DNA of 64,000 nt, from contig PDIP01000257.1 of assembly GCA_002811645.1 (NCBI GenBank), positions 25,524-89,523 on the forward strand, read 5' to 3'. How positions within the stretch are numbered: the stretch's first letter is position 1; the number at the start of each line of letters is the position of its first letter. Below, one piece after another: positions 10,381-22,344 of the stretch. This DNA comes from Corallochytrium limacisporum Hawaii (taxonomy: Eukaryota > Protista > Pluriformea). Below the pieces are notes generated by a model. The model searched no databases, had not been told where the DNA came from, and was given only the letters and a program-made list of their open reading frames with translations. The translations under genes and the position numbers were made by a program.

Positions 10381-11409
10381 CTTGGTCTTTGTTCTGTTCC
10401 GTCCCAAGCAACTATTTCATATAGACAGCGTATTCGGACAGAGGTCACAAAGTCTCAACGTCACCCACTCTCAAATAGACCGCTTGTCCAACAGTCATGG
10501 GAGAACAACACCATCAGAATACTTCACACACCTTCCCATTAATCACACGCCACACTGGCAATGAAGTGGTACTGCGCTAGGATGGAAATGATGCGCGTTT
10601 TCAGATCCCAAAGGTCTCGCTCCTGCCGGCCGCGTCGGTCTTTAGCCTGGGCACCACAGTGCCATTAGCCCGTTACCGCCCCCCTCCGCACCGTACCAAC
10701 ACCCCCCCCCCCCAAGGCCAAGCGAAAACACAGTGGCACCCACAGCCAAGGTGGCCACGCATTAGATTATTTGATTTTATAGTAAAATCAGATTGAATTC
10801 AATCAGATTCATTATTCCCGCCCCTTTTTGTGTCTGACGGGCGGGCGGGCCAGTGCTTCATATCCCCCGCTTCCGGTGCAGTTTTTTTGTCGTAAACTCT
10901 CTCCGTCCGCGTTTCGTGTTTCAGATCCTTCTCGTCGCGCGTATCATCAGTGCCTCTTTGTTTTGGTACTTGAAAGAACGACGTATTGTTGTACGAAGAG
11001 AAAACTAGAATTTCTTTTCCCAACGCCGCCGACATTCTTAGTTTATTTCAAATATGTCGCCAACGATTGTTGTTCATGTTGGAGTCCGACTATATATCCC
11101 AGTCTTGTGGGTTTCCGGTGGGCAGCCATCGACTCTCACCTCGCCCGGGGCTAACAGTTTCCCGGTTGTTCAGTTTTCTAAACATCTCCTCGCTGTTCGT
11201 CTCGTGACAGACCATACTGTGGCTCGCCAATACTTCGATCAGAACATCCCAAGTGTATGCAGCGCTGACGCTGGCTGAGCCCACTTTTGTCTCCTCCAAC
11301 CAACATCCCAACTCAAACAAACATACCCATCTCCCCAATTCGTGGTTCCCTTGTCGATGAATGAAAGGCGGTAACGCCACCTACTCTCATCTACGATCTC
11401 CCCCCTCCA

Positions 11410-11433
11410 AGAGAGAGAGAGAGAGAGAGAGAG
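11410..11433. repeat. (GA)n microsatellite
   Basis: About 12 uninterrupted AG units. Confidence 0.9.
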
Positions 11434-13242
11434 CATCACTCCTCCCATCCAGCGCCGCTTCGTGTTCGTGGTTCGCGTTTGACTCGATCCCCCACCGGAC
11501 GCCCCTCTTTCCTGCCCGTTCGGCAGTAGTGTCTTCTTTCATTGGCTCCCCGTCCCGCATCTCCACAGAAGAAAGTACTTCCCCGCTTGCGTCATTGGCT
11601 TGTCGGGGGAGGCTGGAATGTAAAATGTCGTACGTTTAGTAGGGAAGCAGGAGCTATTCTTAGAATTCCCGCCGAAAAAGTTATGAAATCCGTTCCGGCT
11701 TTTAACGAATGACCAATACACACACGAAAAAGTCTTAGTTGTTGCCGAGAGGAGACAAATCCGTACATTTTGTATGGTAACACATAATCGATGGTTCGGG
11801 TGGGGAACGGTCACGCTTGAATGGGGATGAGATTGGCAGTGGTGACGGGGACCCGTGTAGCCCGATCATCGGACAGTCCTCAATATCCCTGGACCCCGGA
11901 TCTCTCTTTACTTTGCAGTAAGCTGGCCGTCCTGACTGGATACAATGAGTTCAGATACATGAGTCGCACGAAACGGCACTAGACCAATTTCCGATGAAAC
12001 CGTTAGAAAAGTCCCGTGCATCTGACCCGCATTCCCATCTCCGTCATCAACATCATCTTTTTGGTTTAGAGCATGACAAGTAGGTAGATATAGGAATGCC
12101 ATAGTGTATCATTCATCTTTCATGATCCTCGTGTGAGCATGTTGCGAATGTCAACGCATGCACAGAGAGTTGGAACGAAAGAGACGGAGACGGATTGGGT
12201 GCAAGGGCGGACATACATTGGCCGCTCTAAGACCGGGGTCGTCAATCTCATTCGCTTATGTCTTCTTGACCAGGTTGGATTTTAAGACATGTACACATCA
12301 TACAGAGGGGCATTGGGGCAGGGACAAGCCGCAGTAAGAGCGACAGAAAAGCACGTTAGCGATCAGCACCGCAGAGATCATTTGAGTGATATCCCAGTAT
12401 CTTGCATCATCCACCTTGTCAGCTTCCCCAATGGTGGCAACAGCCGTGCAAGTTCACTTCTCTTCAGTATTGAGATCAGCAGCAATGAAAGGGAAACCAA
12501 ACAGTGATCTCGCCAGCAGATGCTATGCATGTACCAACTTGTTTCCGTGCTTGGTCAGCAACGCCCTACTGAGCGCTAACGGTTCGCCGGATTTGGGTAC
12601 CGCGTTGTTTGTCTTTCGGCAATCAAGCAACCAGCAGCTGGTCAACAGGGGCCAACCAAAGCCAGCCACCTTCAGTTTCACTACAAAACATAGGCGCTTT
12701 ATTGGCTCCTTTGGGCTCCCCATTTGCAGTTTCCGGTTTTGCCGTGCTTCCCCCAGCCCCTAAAATTTTCGTCCCAGCGGTGCGCCGGGGCTTGCAGCTG
12801 ACGACAGCGGATTCATACGTGAGTTTCAGATCAATAACCGGCCAAAGGCCGTGGGAGGCACTGTTTCGCGATGTGTGAATCGATGAACAATTTGAGGGTT
12901 CCCTGACTTGATGAACACCGCGAACAATCCTAGGAGCCATATTTGGGGGTAGATCAAGACATATGCCGCGTGTTCGGCAGTGCATGAACTCTTGTTGACT
13001 CGGACCATAGGTCCCCAGGTACACTAAACTTCTGATCGATGGATATCCGTTGCCATGTGTAGGCCATGGGACTCGGTTGAGACCAATAAATTAGATGTCA
13101 TTGAACATTGTCTTTTATGCCATTTTAATGTTAATTATGTTACGCTAGGGAGGATGTCCCGGTAGAACAAGTAGCCACCCTTCTGTTCAAATGCTTTATA
13201 CCCGAATCATTGGAAACCAATTAAACCAGCAAGGTAATAAAT

Positions 13243-13701
13243 TTACTGGGTCTTCTTGGCGCCCTTGATGAGAGAAACAACAGTGGCGTACACGAAGTCA
13301 ATGATCTCGAAGGGGCGCTGGACGATCAGGGTCCTGGCGGTGGTGCGGACATCCTGCTTGACAATCTTGTCCTCCTCAATGGCGTTCTTGCGGCCCTTGA
13401 CGTCGGTGTAGCGCTCAACGGCGCAGACGAAGGTCTTCACAATACCAGTCTCCTTGTAGGTCTTGGTCAGGAACTCCTTCTCGACGTCAACGATCTCGTC
13501 AGCCTTCTGGGCCAGCTTGTGGGTGTCAGCATCGACCTTAACGTAGTTGGCGACCTTGGCCGCGTTGTTGGCGACGAAAGACTCGACCTGGGGAATGTAC
13601 TTGGCAGCGAAGCTAGGCACGTATCCCTTGAGGGTGGTGTAGACGTTCTCAGCCATGGTCAGGCCGGTCTCGACGTAGTTGGTCTTCTGGGTGGCAGCCA
13701 T
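13243..13701 (-). CDS. Small, probably highly expressed amphipathic-helical protein (152 aa); possible lipid-droplet surface protein (perilipin/REF-like)
   Basis: Strong C/G-ending codon bias, acaATGG start and upstream TATA support coding status. Function is guessed only from the amphipathic pattern (AENVYTTLKGYVPSFAAKYIPQVESFV). Confidence 0.8.
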   Translation of the reverse strand: MAATQKTNYVETGLTMAENVYTTLKGYVPSFAAKYIPQVESFVANNAAKVANYVKVDADTHKLAQKADEIVDVEKEFLTKTYKETGIVKTFVCAVERYTDVKGRKNAIEEDKIVKQDVRTTARTLIVQRPFEIIDFVYATVVSLIKGAKKTQ

Positions 13702-13791
13702 TGTGAAGTGTAGTGTGTTATCAAGAATTGTACCTTTCTGATATTGATCAGATCAGACGCAGAGTCCTGTGGTCGATCACGAGGAGCGTCC

Positions 13792-13799
13792 TTTAAATA
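13792..13799 (-). promoter_or_regulatory. TATA-like box (TATTTAAA) about 90 nt upstream of the 13701 start
   Basis: TATTTAAAGG on the minus strand, followed by an ATG-free leader. Confidence 0.55.
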
Positions 13800-16700
13800 G
13801 GTTGCATGCACCACCAACAGTGCATTGACTCAGAGTCCCTGTTACCTTTCAGGAAAACCACGAGGACTTTCCTCTTCGTTCCTTTGTTTCTCAAACTCTT
13901 AGAGTGTCAGCTATCTCAACCTTGCTGCTGGTGCGTTTGGTGCCCCAGTCTCGGATTTCCCCCCTTTCTCGTCCTCGCTTTCTCTTCCGTTCCCTACGGA
14001 TCCCCCCCCCCCCCCCTTCGTGGCTTCGGGACGGTACGCTCGGTATGGAAGGGTCTCCTCGTTTCTCGCAGTAGAATTCCTTTTTTTTCTTTCTTCCCAT
14101 TGAAGAACTACAGGAAAATGCGTGGTTTTCTCCGTCACCGGGCAAAATTGGTGAAATTTTCTTGCGAACTGATGGAGGAACGTGAAGTGGTGATTACACA
14201 CCCACCCAGACTTTCGCCTGCGCGGTCATTGAATTTTTTTTTCTTTTTTCCACAAGTTCTGCATTGGGAATCAAACCAATGAACGGATAGGGTCTCTTTC
14301 TACTGCGCCAACCCGTACCCGCTGCCCAACCCTCCTTCGGGCTGGGCCGAAGGTATGCTGGGATCTGCTGTCGATTTTTTCACAGGCGCACACCGTAGAG
14401 CTTTTCAGTTTAGCCACATGTCTTTAGTGTCTGCCTTATTCCTCCCTTCCCCTGGTGCGGGAGTGGCTTTGAAAACCCGCCAGTGACTATACATTCAGTC
14501 CGCCGCCCGCCTGGCTAACAGCAATATACTAAGAAGTATAGGTTTGCCAACGGGACGTGTATCAGATGATGACTTGTGTGTGTTGCTCCCTGGCTTTTTT
14601 TTCATATCAAATCTCTGGAACCCCTCCTCCCTTTCGCTCTCGCTCTGACTGCCCAAAAATAAACCAGCCTAGATCGTTTCATACTCTTCCAATTGGTTTT
14701 CCCTTTTTGCCGCACCAATTTCTTTCTTTCGACATTCCTTTTTGTTCTCTCTTCTCCCTTTCCTTGCGTTTTGTTTCCTAATCGGTTCCGTTTTATTTTT
14801 AGGGCTGCGGACCCAAAACCCGTCCTTTCTTTTTCTACTTTGAACCCTACTTAATCGGCGGCTTTCCCTTCTCTGTTTTCCTTATCACTCGTCCTTCTCT
14901 TGCGTTCGGTATTCACGCACTCAACCAGCCCTCGTTTTCCAACCCCGTGGAAAAAGCAGCGTCTCCTCTCTCCCCCCTTCCCCACCTCCGGCTTACCTTT
15001 CCTTGTTAATTTTGGGTTTTGACCTCTCCACTGGGTTCGCTACCATCTCTTTGCACCCACAATGCCTCCTCGCCAGTTTCGTTCCCTTCCTCTTCCCTCC
15101 CTAAACCCTCCCCCCCCCTCTCCCCGGTGCGGTCGGACCGGCCTTTAAAAAGAGAAAAAAATAACCACTGCCTCAGTACCACTTACCCAATGTTCGCGCT
15201 TTCTCAACGGTTTTCTTACCTCTCCCTGCGCAAATGGCCCAGTCTAAGTTTTTTTTCTCCCGGGCTCTCGTCCCCACCGTCTCTTCCGATGGAAGCGATT
15301 TCGTCCCCTCCTCACTTCTTTCAGGTGAGAGAGTCCCAGAGACTGTTTTTAAAAAAACTCCTCGGATCATGGAAACGGGAGAGCCCCGACACTGGGGGAC
15401 TGGTGCATTGCGTAAGATGCATGCGAAGCATGATCGATCATGCTCTCTCAGTGTCTCTCTCACTCTCACTCTCGCTCTCTTTCTTTGTCTTTCGTCGTGC
15501 ACTGCCGCCGGTTCTCCGGGGGGGCTACTTGTCGCGCTCTCGCCCCTGCGACCTCCGAGGCGGATCATTCGGCGGGTGTAGTACGCTGGCCCCGACACTG
15601 GAAACGGACAAGAAAAGAACCAACAAAAAGAACTGGCAGCGAGCGTGAGGGACCCTGCAGCACGACATTATTTTTTTCTGGGTCTTCCGCTCTGGCCCGA
15701 AGGGGGAGGGGGGGAAGCTGAATTACTCTTTGTCTGCAGGCCATGGACCACTAATCTTTTCTGGCCCATCCTTTTTTTTGTCGTGGCAATTTTTTCTTTT
15801 TGGTCCGTTTGAAATTGCGTGCTGCCTGCTGTCTTAGCAGGAAGAACATTGTAACAAAAATGTGAACTCCGGGAAAAGCCAGACACGCCCGTGACCGTAC
15901 ACCAGCACCCCAGGGCGATTCACGGGCAGAAAAAAAATATCCCCTCCGCGGGAGAGAGGGGAAGGCCCCCAAAGGAGCGGCCACCGTGGACCCCGTGCCT
16001 TAGCTCATCACCCCGCGCAATCCCCTCCCCCATTCCCCGTGGGGGGTGGGCTGCTACTAGACACTATCCGTCCCATCGATCACGTTTTTTTTTCTGGGTT
16101 TTTTTCTTGGTGGTGGAAACCCAACCAACGGAGATGGGGACGGGTTCGACCCGCTCGTCCGGCTTGCCTGTGGGCTCCCCCCCCCCCACCGCGGGGTATA
16201 CATGCCTAGCCCGTCGTGCGTTTTGCCAATCGCATGGTCGGTCCAGTTCTGCGAGTCACGAAATATATATTGAATATATTGACAGCCGAAGTCCCAATAG
16301 CGTATCCATTGCATTATCGGTCAAGCGTGACAAAGTGCCGGAAGAGTTGGTGCAGCGAAATTGTTTGGTAGGTACCAGTTGGCAATGCTGAAAATCAATA
16401 CATGCAATATACTAAAAGCCCGCATTAATGTTGACCACACCATGCGACAGTGCCACGTCTGCCGATGGCAACCCCTACTGAAAGTTCCGAGGAACTGTTC
16501 GGCCTTCGATGGCTTGTAAGGTCTTTCTCACTTAGAAAACCTAAGTGAATTAACGGTTGCAAAGACTCCGTGCGGACGGAGGCAGCAAAAATTTTGAAAG
16601 ACTCTTCACTTTCAAACGAAACTGGGCCGCCCGTTGCCTGAAAGCTCGAATTTAATTGGGCACTGAAAATGTACTGAAATTCTCCGACGGAAGTTCTACC

Positions 16701-19700
16701 AGGGGGTCTGGCATTTGAGTGAAGTGTGCGGGTTCCGGAACAGGTGTCAGTTTTTGCAGGGCTCCACCAAAAAAAAAAGACACCTGTACCGGGTTCCATA
16801 GTCTGGATTGTATAGCTGAGGACAAAGTCTTCGAGTCGTTGAGTACTGACTGGGTCGCGACCAAGAATCTGAACTGATTCCTGGCCGTCAGTGGTGCATG
16901 GACATACGTGAGCGTGTGATGGCGATTGATAAAATGTCTCTATAATGAATGTATAGCTAATTTTCAAGGACTGATGAAGTGTGCGAACAGACGTTCCATT
17001 TGTCGGTGGAAAATCTTCTGCAGGACAAGACTGACCCGGGTGGGTGGGTGCCCCTAACCGACCGAGACAACTTCCAATTCACTGAGAGAGTATTAAAACC
17101 TTCCGTTTTTGTCTCCCCGCCATCACCGCCCTGGGCGTCCGTGTAGCAAGAAAAAGCAGAGAATCGCGTGATTTGGCCCTGGCCGCTTTCACACACCGCC
17201 GCCTCCGTTCCTCTGTAGTCAGATCAAGACCTGTTGACGCAACATCACCGTGCGTTCGACCAGTACACTCCCGAAACTCTTACCATGTTCCATGGATTCT
17301 CCCACCGCTGCAGCGAATGCTCATTGCGAAGAGATCGCAACCGCGGAAAGAAGGGTACCGAACCACTTTGGATCGTAATGGCTTTAGGGTGGATTAGCTG
17401 CCAAAGAGTCCAATCCACAGATGATCTGCCGCAGCATCCAAATAACGTACCCCATCCGAAAAGGACTATGTCGCTGCTGTTCACTCGGCATGTCCAGTGC
17501 CTAGCAATTAGGGTCCGCCGTTTCCGACCCTCGAAACACAGGGTAGGGCCCGGTACTGAGACCAATCACGGGTTGGCATCCGCACCGTAGAGGTAAAAAG
17601 GGGGGAGAGGCGGAACACCCCACAATGCCCCACATCCACCCAGCCACGCACCCAAAAAAAAAAACACGTGAAATTTCAGCCACAGCACCAGCACAGCATC
17701 ACACTTGCCGTTTCTGCTGCATAAACCTTCCCGCTCTCGTGTGGTCCCTTTCCCCTTCCCCCCCCACCCCCGGGGGGGCTCCCCATGCCCTCCTACTCCA
17801 TTGCCCTTTGCTTCACTACTGCTGCCCTATCGTCCTTGTCGTTGTCTATGGCTAATGTACCGAATATGTGAATCTCTCCGCCGCCGCTGCCGAGTTTCTG
17901 TTCCACGGTACACGGAAGTCAGTAGAGAGGACTGTAATTAGTAGGGGTCAAAACGACTGCTCACTCAGACCGTGTATTTTCATGCGCAAATCAAGAGGTG
18001 CACTCATGTCGAATGCTCTCAGGTTTCGTTCACCCAATCCCTGTTGACGGGCACACCTTCACATACCATGGGAGCACAGAGTGCAAATTAGAATTGCCTA
18101 CGAAGCTTGGAGATCACGAATCGATGCTGGATAACAAAGAGCGAGTTTTGCCGGCCCGCAAACATTACCTTGAGGTGATGACAGTGCCTTGACTATGAAA
18201 TCCGAAGATGCCAACACCAGAAACGCATCACGAAAGAGGATTCGGCAATGTTATGCAGCCCGATGACGGATCACGTCCGAATGCTACAATCGGGCCCCAT
18301 ATATCACATTGCAGCAACTGTTGCAGTTATGCAACGCAACGATAAACACAAACACTACCCCCGTTCTTCGCTTGATGAGGCCTGGGTTTTCTTGATCAAC
18401 CCTCTTAGCTGGTCTGGTTTATCGGAAAGTGATGTGCTAGTCGCCTGCTTGATCACAAGTTTGCATGCCGGTGATGTGGTTCAGGGTGTCCGCTGGTGGA
18501 TATCCATCGACTCTGCCATGACCCGTTCGGAGGTTCCACCGTTACCACTAGCAAACAGTGAAAGTTCAATGAAAGGTACGGATCCACCGCGACCACACAA
18601 TTCAAAGGGATCAAGAGTCATTCACACACTATGAAAAAGGTGGTCAGGGGGGAAGAGACAGTGAGCCCTCAAATCCCGTGTTTCTCGGCAGTTCGTGTTT
18701 GTTGTGTCAGGTTGTGTAGGTTGCTCTATCGATGGTAATGCTGCATTCTTGATGAAAGGTTTCACGCGCACGGGTTTGATGTGTGGATGGGGATGCGTTT
18801 TGTATGGATGGGTTCGCTAGCGAAGGGAGATTGTCAATTTCATTGCTTGCCCAATTTTGTGGTCTGGATGATTGTTTGGCGCTTGCACAACTGGGCAGTC
18901 ATCCATATGTTCACTGTGTATTGGATCGCCATCGTCTACATTTTCCTTAGGGAATCTGTTTGTTTGAAGGGGACCAGTGGCTATGGGCAGCAACGACATG
19001 CAGAAAGAAAGCCCACAAGAAACGTGAAATCATACGCATCCACCTAAGTTGTGCCAACCCCATTGTGCAGGTTTACCGATTTGTACCCTGTACAAAGAAT
19101 GTACATTTTGCAAAGACCCACCTATACCGTTCTTGCTGGACGGAATATATTGATGCCTGGAAAGTGTGGGCGAAAGCGGCATCCGCTGTGTCAGGTCGGC
19201 ACCCAGAGTGGGTATGGGTACGTCTGTGCATCGTGACACCCATCCAATTCATTTTCAATTGGGAGCATCATGTTTGTCAGGTTCGTATTGATCCTAGAGT
19301 TTAGATGACAGCTGGGCCCGTACGGGCCCAACTCCTCGGCGACCGAACCAATTGCTGAACGATCCGAATTCCCCTTGAACCCACCCTCGCTGCTTTTCGG
19401 CAACACTCTGATCACGTCAGATTTTTGGCCAGTGCCTTCAGCATCGAAATTAGCGACGGGAAGGGGCGCCAGTTGGAAAGGGAGCGTGCACTGGAGGAAA
19501 CGGTGGGCGCAGCGGGCCGCCCCTCAGGACACCTGTGAATGGAATCCCCCTGAGGTCAAGAGATTGCAGGACGGGTCAACGACAATGGCTGGTTGGTATC
19601 TCTTTCCAGCTTGCCTTGAGATTGTCAATGTGCTCTTTTTTCGTACTGTGTTTGGATAGGCACCCGCACAAGAAACGAAAGTGTTGATTGATAAGGCACG

Positions 19701-20213
19701 CGAATCATGTGGAATGCAACCCTGATACCCGGCTTTAAGAACATTGGCCGGATGAGCATGTCAGCAGCATAAAGAATGCATGGCTTGCGATGTGGATGAC
19801 AGCTGATGGGAAATGGACTTTTGAGTCACAACCACTAGCAAGGTGATCCAGCCCATGACGACCACCTACCAGGCAAGAATTGAAATCAATTTAGTGGATT
19901 GAGTTAGATTTGATTTTAGCTCTTGGCGAGGGAGGGGCGGAGGGTACTGACAGTTCGGTGGGTCTCACCGCTGGCCACCTTGCGGATTCGAACTTGTGTG
20001 CTCAGTTCCGCACTATTGCAACACACTAGAGTATTTGAAGAATACACCGTAATGAATCAGCACACTGACTATACATAGCTTGTGTTGACCGATTTCACAG
20101 AGAACTGGGATTTGAAGAGGTGATAAAGGAACCTTGCGAAGCCAATCTACGCATCGCCCTAGCACACCTGCTTTACACTATGTGAAGAACGCAGCACGCA
20201 GAGACACAACACA

Positions 20214-22244
20214 ATGGCCCAATACAAGGATCTTGGTCCTTGGATTAAAAATGAAATGGGCAAACTTCTCGGCTTCGAGGATGATGCCTTGGTTCAGCAT
20301 ATCCTTTCGATGGAGAGTCCGGGAGATGTGCGGGAGTACACGACTGGACTGCTAGGGTCTGATTTGCGCGCGTCTCGATTCACAGACGATTTGATCAGCC
20401 GCATGGCCTTTAAAGACGAACCCAATAGCACTGTGTTTTCATCGTCAGGCGCATCGGGGTCATCGGCGAACGTTCAGGCGCAAGAAACTTCCTCGCCGCG
20501 GAAATCGAAGCCAACGAAGTACAAGGATTTGCGATCTGCTATGCAACCCCTCAAACAGGCAGATGAGGCTGCAGTGCTGGCGAAACAGAAGGCCGCAGAT
20601 AAGAAGTCCCAACAGAAGAAGCAAGACAAAGCGAAAATCATCAAGGTTAGTTTGCAGAACTTCGAGCCCAGCGCTTTGGACAAGTACGTAAACATGGGTA
20701 CGCGCGCATGCAATTGCGGTGCCACAAAGCATTCATTAGTGAACATTTGCCTAAACTGCGGTCGGATCGTCTGTGAACGGGAAGGTGCAGGACCTTGTAT
20801 CACATGCGGGCAGGTGGTTCACACCAAGAAGGACGCGGACACCCTTGCCAAGGGCAGCAACCAGGCCGTGGCCCTGGCGAAGCAGCTTGAGAAACGATAC
20901 GCTGCTGTACGCGAAAGGGACCTGCAGGAGGCGTCCAAGCTTCGGAAAGATGAGGAATACATGGCTGGAGCTGGTGGAGCTGGTGGAGCAAGTGCAGTGA
21001 AAGGGAACATCAGCATTGCTATCGGCAAGAAAGCAAATGATGCCGCGGAGCTAGCAGCAGAAGCGAAGGCACGTGAACACAAAGAGAAACTCCTAAAATT
21101 TGACCGCAGCAGCGCCAAACGCACGCGCGTTATAGATGATGAGAACGATTACTACGCCACTGATGGCAATGCATGGCTCAGTCCAGAGCAGCGGGCCGAG
21201 GCCGAGGCCCGGGAACGGAAAGCACGTGAGGAAAGATACGATCGCAGCAAGGATATCAAACTGAACATTAACGTCGAAGATCGGTCCCTGTCTGAGCACG
21301 TTCATGTGCCAAAGCACGATATGTATGACAACCCCGACGACATTGCCGAGGACGATCAGAATACGGGCCGTCCGTTGGGCATGCAAGTAACGTACAAGGC
21401 CATCGGGTCGGATGTTGCGGACGCCACGTATCAGTCCGCGATGCAACGCATGTTTGGGGCAGGTAATGACGTCCTAAACGACGACCAGGCGCGATATTTT
21501 GTTGCACAGGTACCTAACATTGAAGACACGGATGTGCCGTCGAATCTGCCACAGGCATCGGACTTGCGATACGTTCCCGCACCAAACGACGAGGACGGGG
21601 CAGAAGAAGGTAGGGACAAGGGCGCGAATGAAGACACCAGGTCCGTCCAACGAACAACCATGAGCCGTGTGCAGGACACCGGACTCCTTGAGATGCAGGA
21701 TCGTGGCATGTGCATGTCCCTGCACCAACCTTGGGCCTCGCTTATGGTCTATGGCATCAAACGCGCAGAGGGCCGCGTGTGGTACACCAGCCATCGTGGA
21801 CCTCTCTGGATTGCGTCGACTGTGCAAGATCCAGACGCCGATGAGATCGCCAGCATTGAACAGTTTTACCGCGATTTTTACGGAGACCAGGACATGAAAT
21901 TTCCTCCTTACCCGAAGTCAAGCCTGCTTGGGTGTGTACGAGTAGTGGATGTCATGGAGCAGAGCGAATTCGCCGCGTGGGCCAAACCAGGCGCAAGTGG
22001 TGTTCTGGAGTCACAGCAGCCGTACGTCTTCGTATGCGATGATGCCCAAGTCCTGCCGCTCAAATTTCCCAACAAAGGCGCCCATAAGATTTACAAACTT
22101 GACCCAACCATTCACAAGGCGGCTCGCAGTCTGCTGTTCCAGGCGCGGCAAGCGGTTGGTGATGCTGACGGAACCGAGAAGGCATTTGCCGGATCTTCCC
22201 GAAACAAAGGTAGTAGGAAAGGAAAAGAAAAGGGAAAGAACTAG
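20214..22244 (+). CDS. TRIP4: Activating signal cointegrator 1 (ASC-1)
   Basis: N-terminal PWI-like region, C2HC5 zinc finger (CNCGATKH...CLNCGRIVC...CITCG), RTRVIDDENDYY and C-terminal ASCH domain (SLHQPWASL...KRAEGR.W...HRGPLWIAS). Confidence 0.95.
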   Translation: MAQYKDLGPWIKNEMGKLLGFEDDALVQHILSMESPGDVREYTTGLLGSDLRASRFTDDLISRMAFKDEPNSTVFSSSGASGSSANVQAQETSSPRKSKPTKYKDLRSAMQPLKQADEAAVLAKQKAADKKSQQKKQDKAKIIKVSLQNFEPSALDKYVNMGTRACNCGATKHSLVNICLNCGRIVCEREGAGPCITCGQVVHTKKDADTLAKGSNQAVALAKQLEKRYAAVRERDLQEASKLRKDEEYMAGAGGAGGASAVKGNISIAIGKKANDAAELAAEAKAREHKEKLLKFDRSSAKRTRVIDDENDYYATDGNAWLSPEQRAEAEARERKAREERYDRSKDIKLNINVEDRSLSEHVHVPKHDMYDNPDDIAEDDQNTGRPLGMQVTYKAIGSDVADATYQSAMQRMFGAGNDVLNDDQARYFVAQVPNIEDTDVPSNLPQASDLRYVPAPNDEDGAEEGRDKGANEDTRSVQRTTMSRVQDTGLLEMQDRGMCMSLHQPWASLMVYGIKRAEGRVWYTSHRGPLWIASTVQDPDADEIASIEQFYRDFYGDQDMKFPPYPKSSLLGCVRVVDVMEQSEFAAWAKPGASGVLESQQPYVFVCDDAQVLPLKFPNKGAHKIYKLDPTIHKAARSLLFQARQAVGDADGTEKAFAGSSRNKGSRKGKEKGKN

Positions 22245-22344
22245 AATGTAAATGATGATTGAGATATATCTATGCTGGAGATCTAAATCTATTTAATTCT
22301 TTAACTCGGTGTACGTTAGGTAAGATTTACGACGGATGTGTTTT

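Noticed and set aside
14565-14648. Possible box C/D snoRNA (ATGATGA...CTGA, ~85 nt)
   Set aside because: Interior is low-complexity pyrimidine sequence, the terminal stem is poor and I recognise no rRNA guide.
15019-16967. ORFs of 140-209 aa in the gene desert
   Set aside because: Mostly non-ATG starts, translate homopolymer or low-complexity DNA, and lack coding-type codon bias or motifs.
19960-20060. Possible minus-strand tRNA around AGTTCGAATCC
   Set aside because: Flanks do not pair into a T-stem; no cloverleaf.
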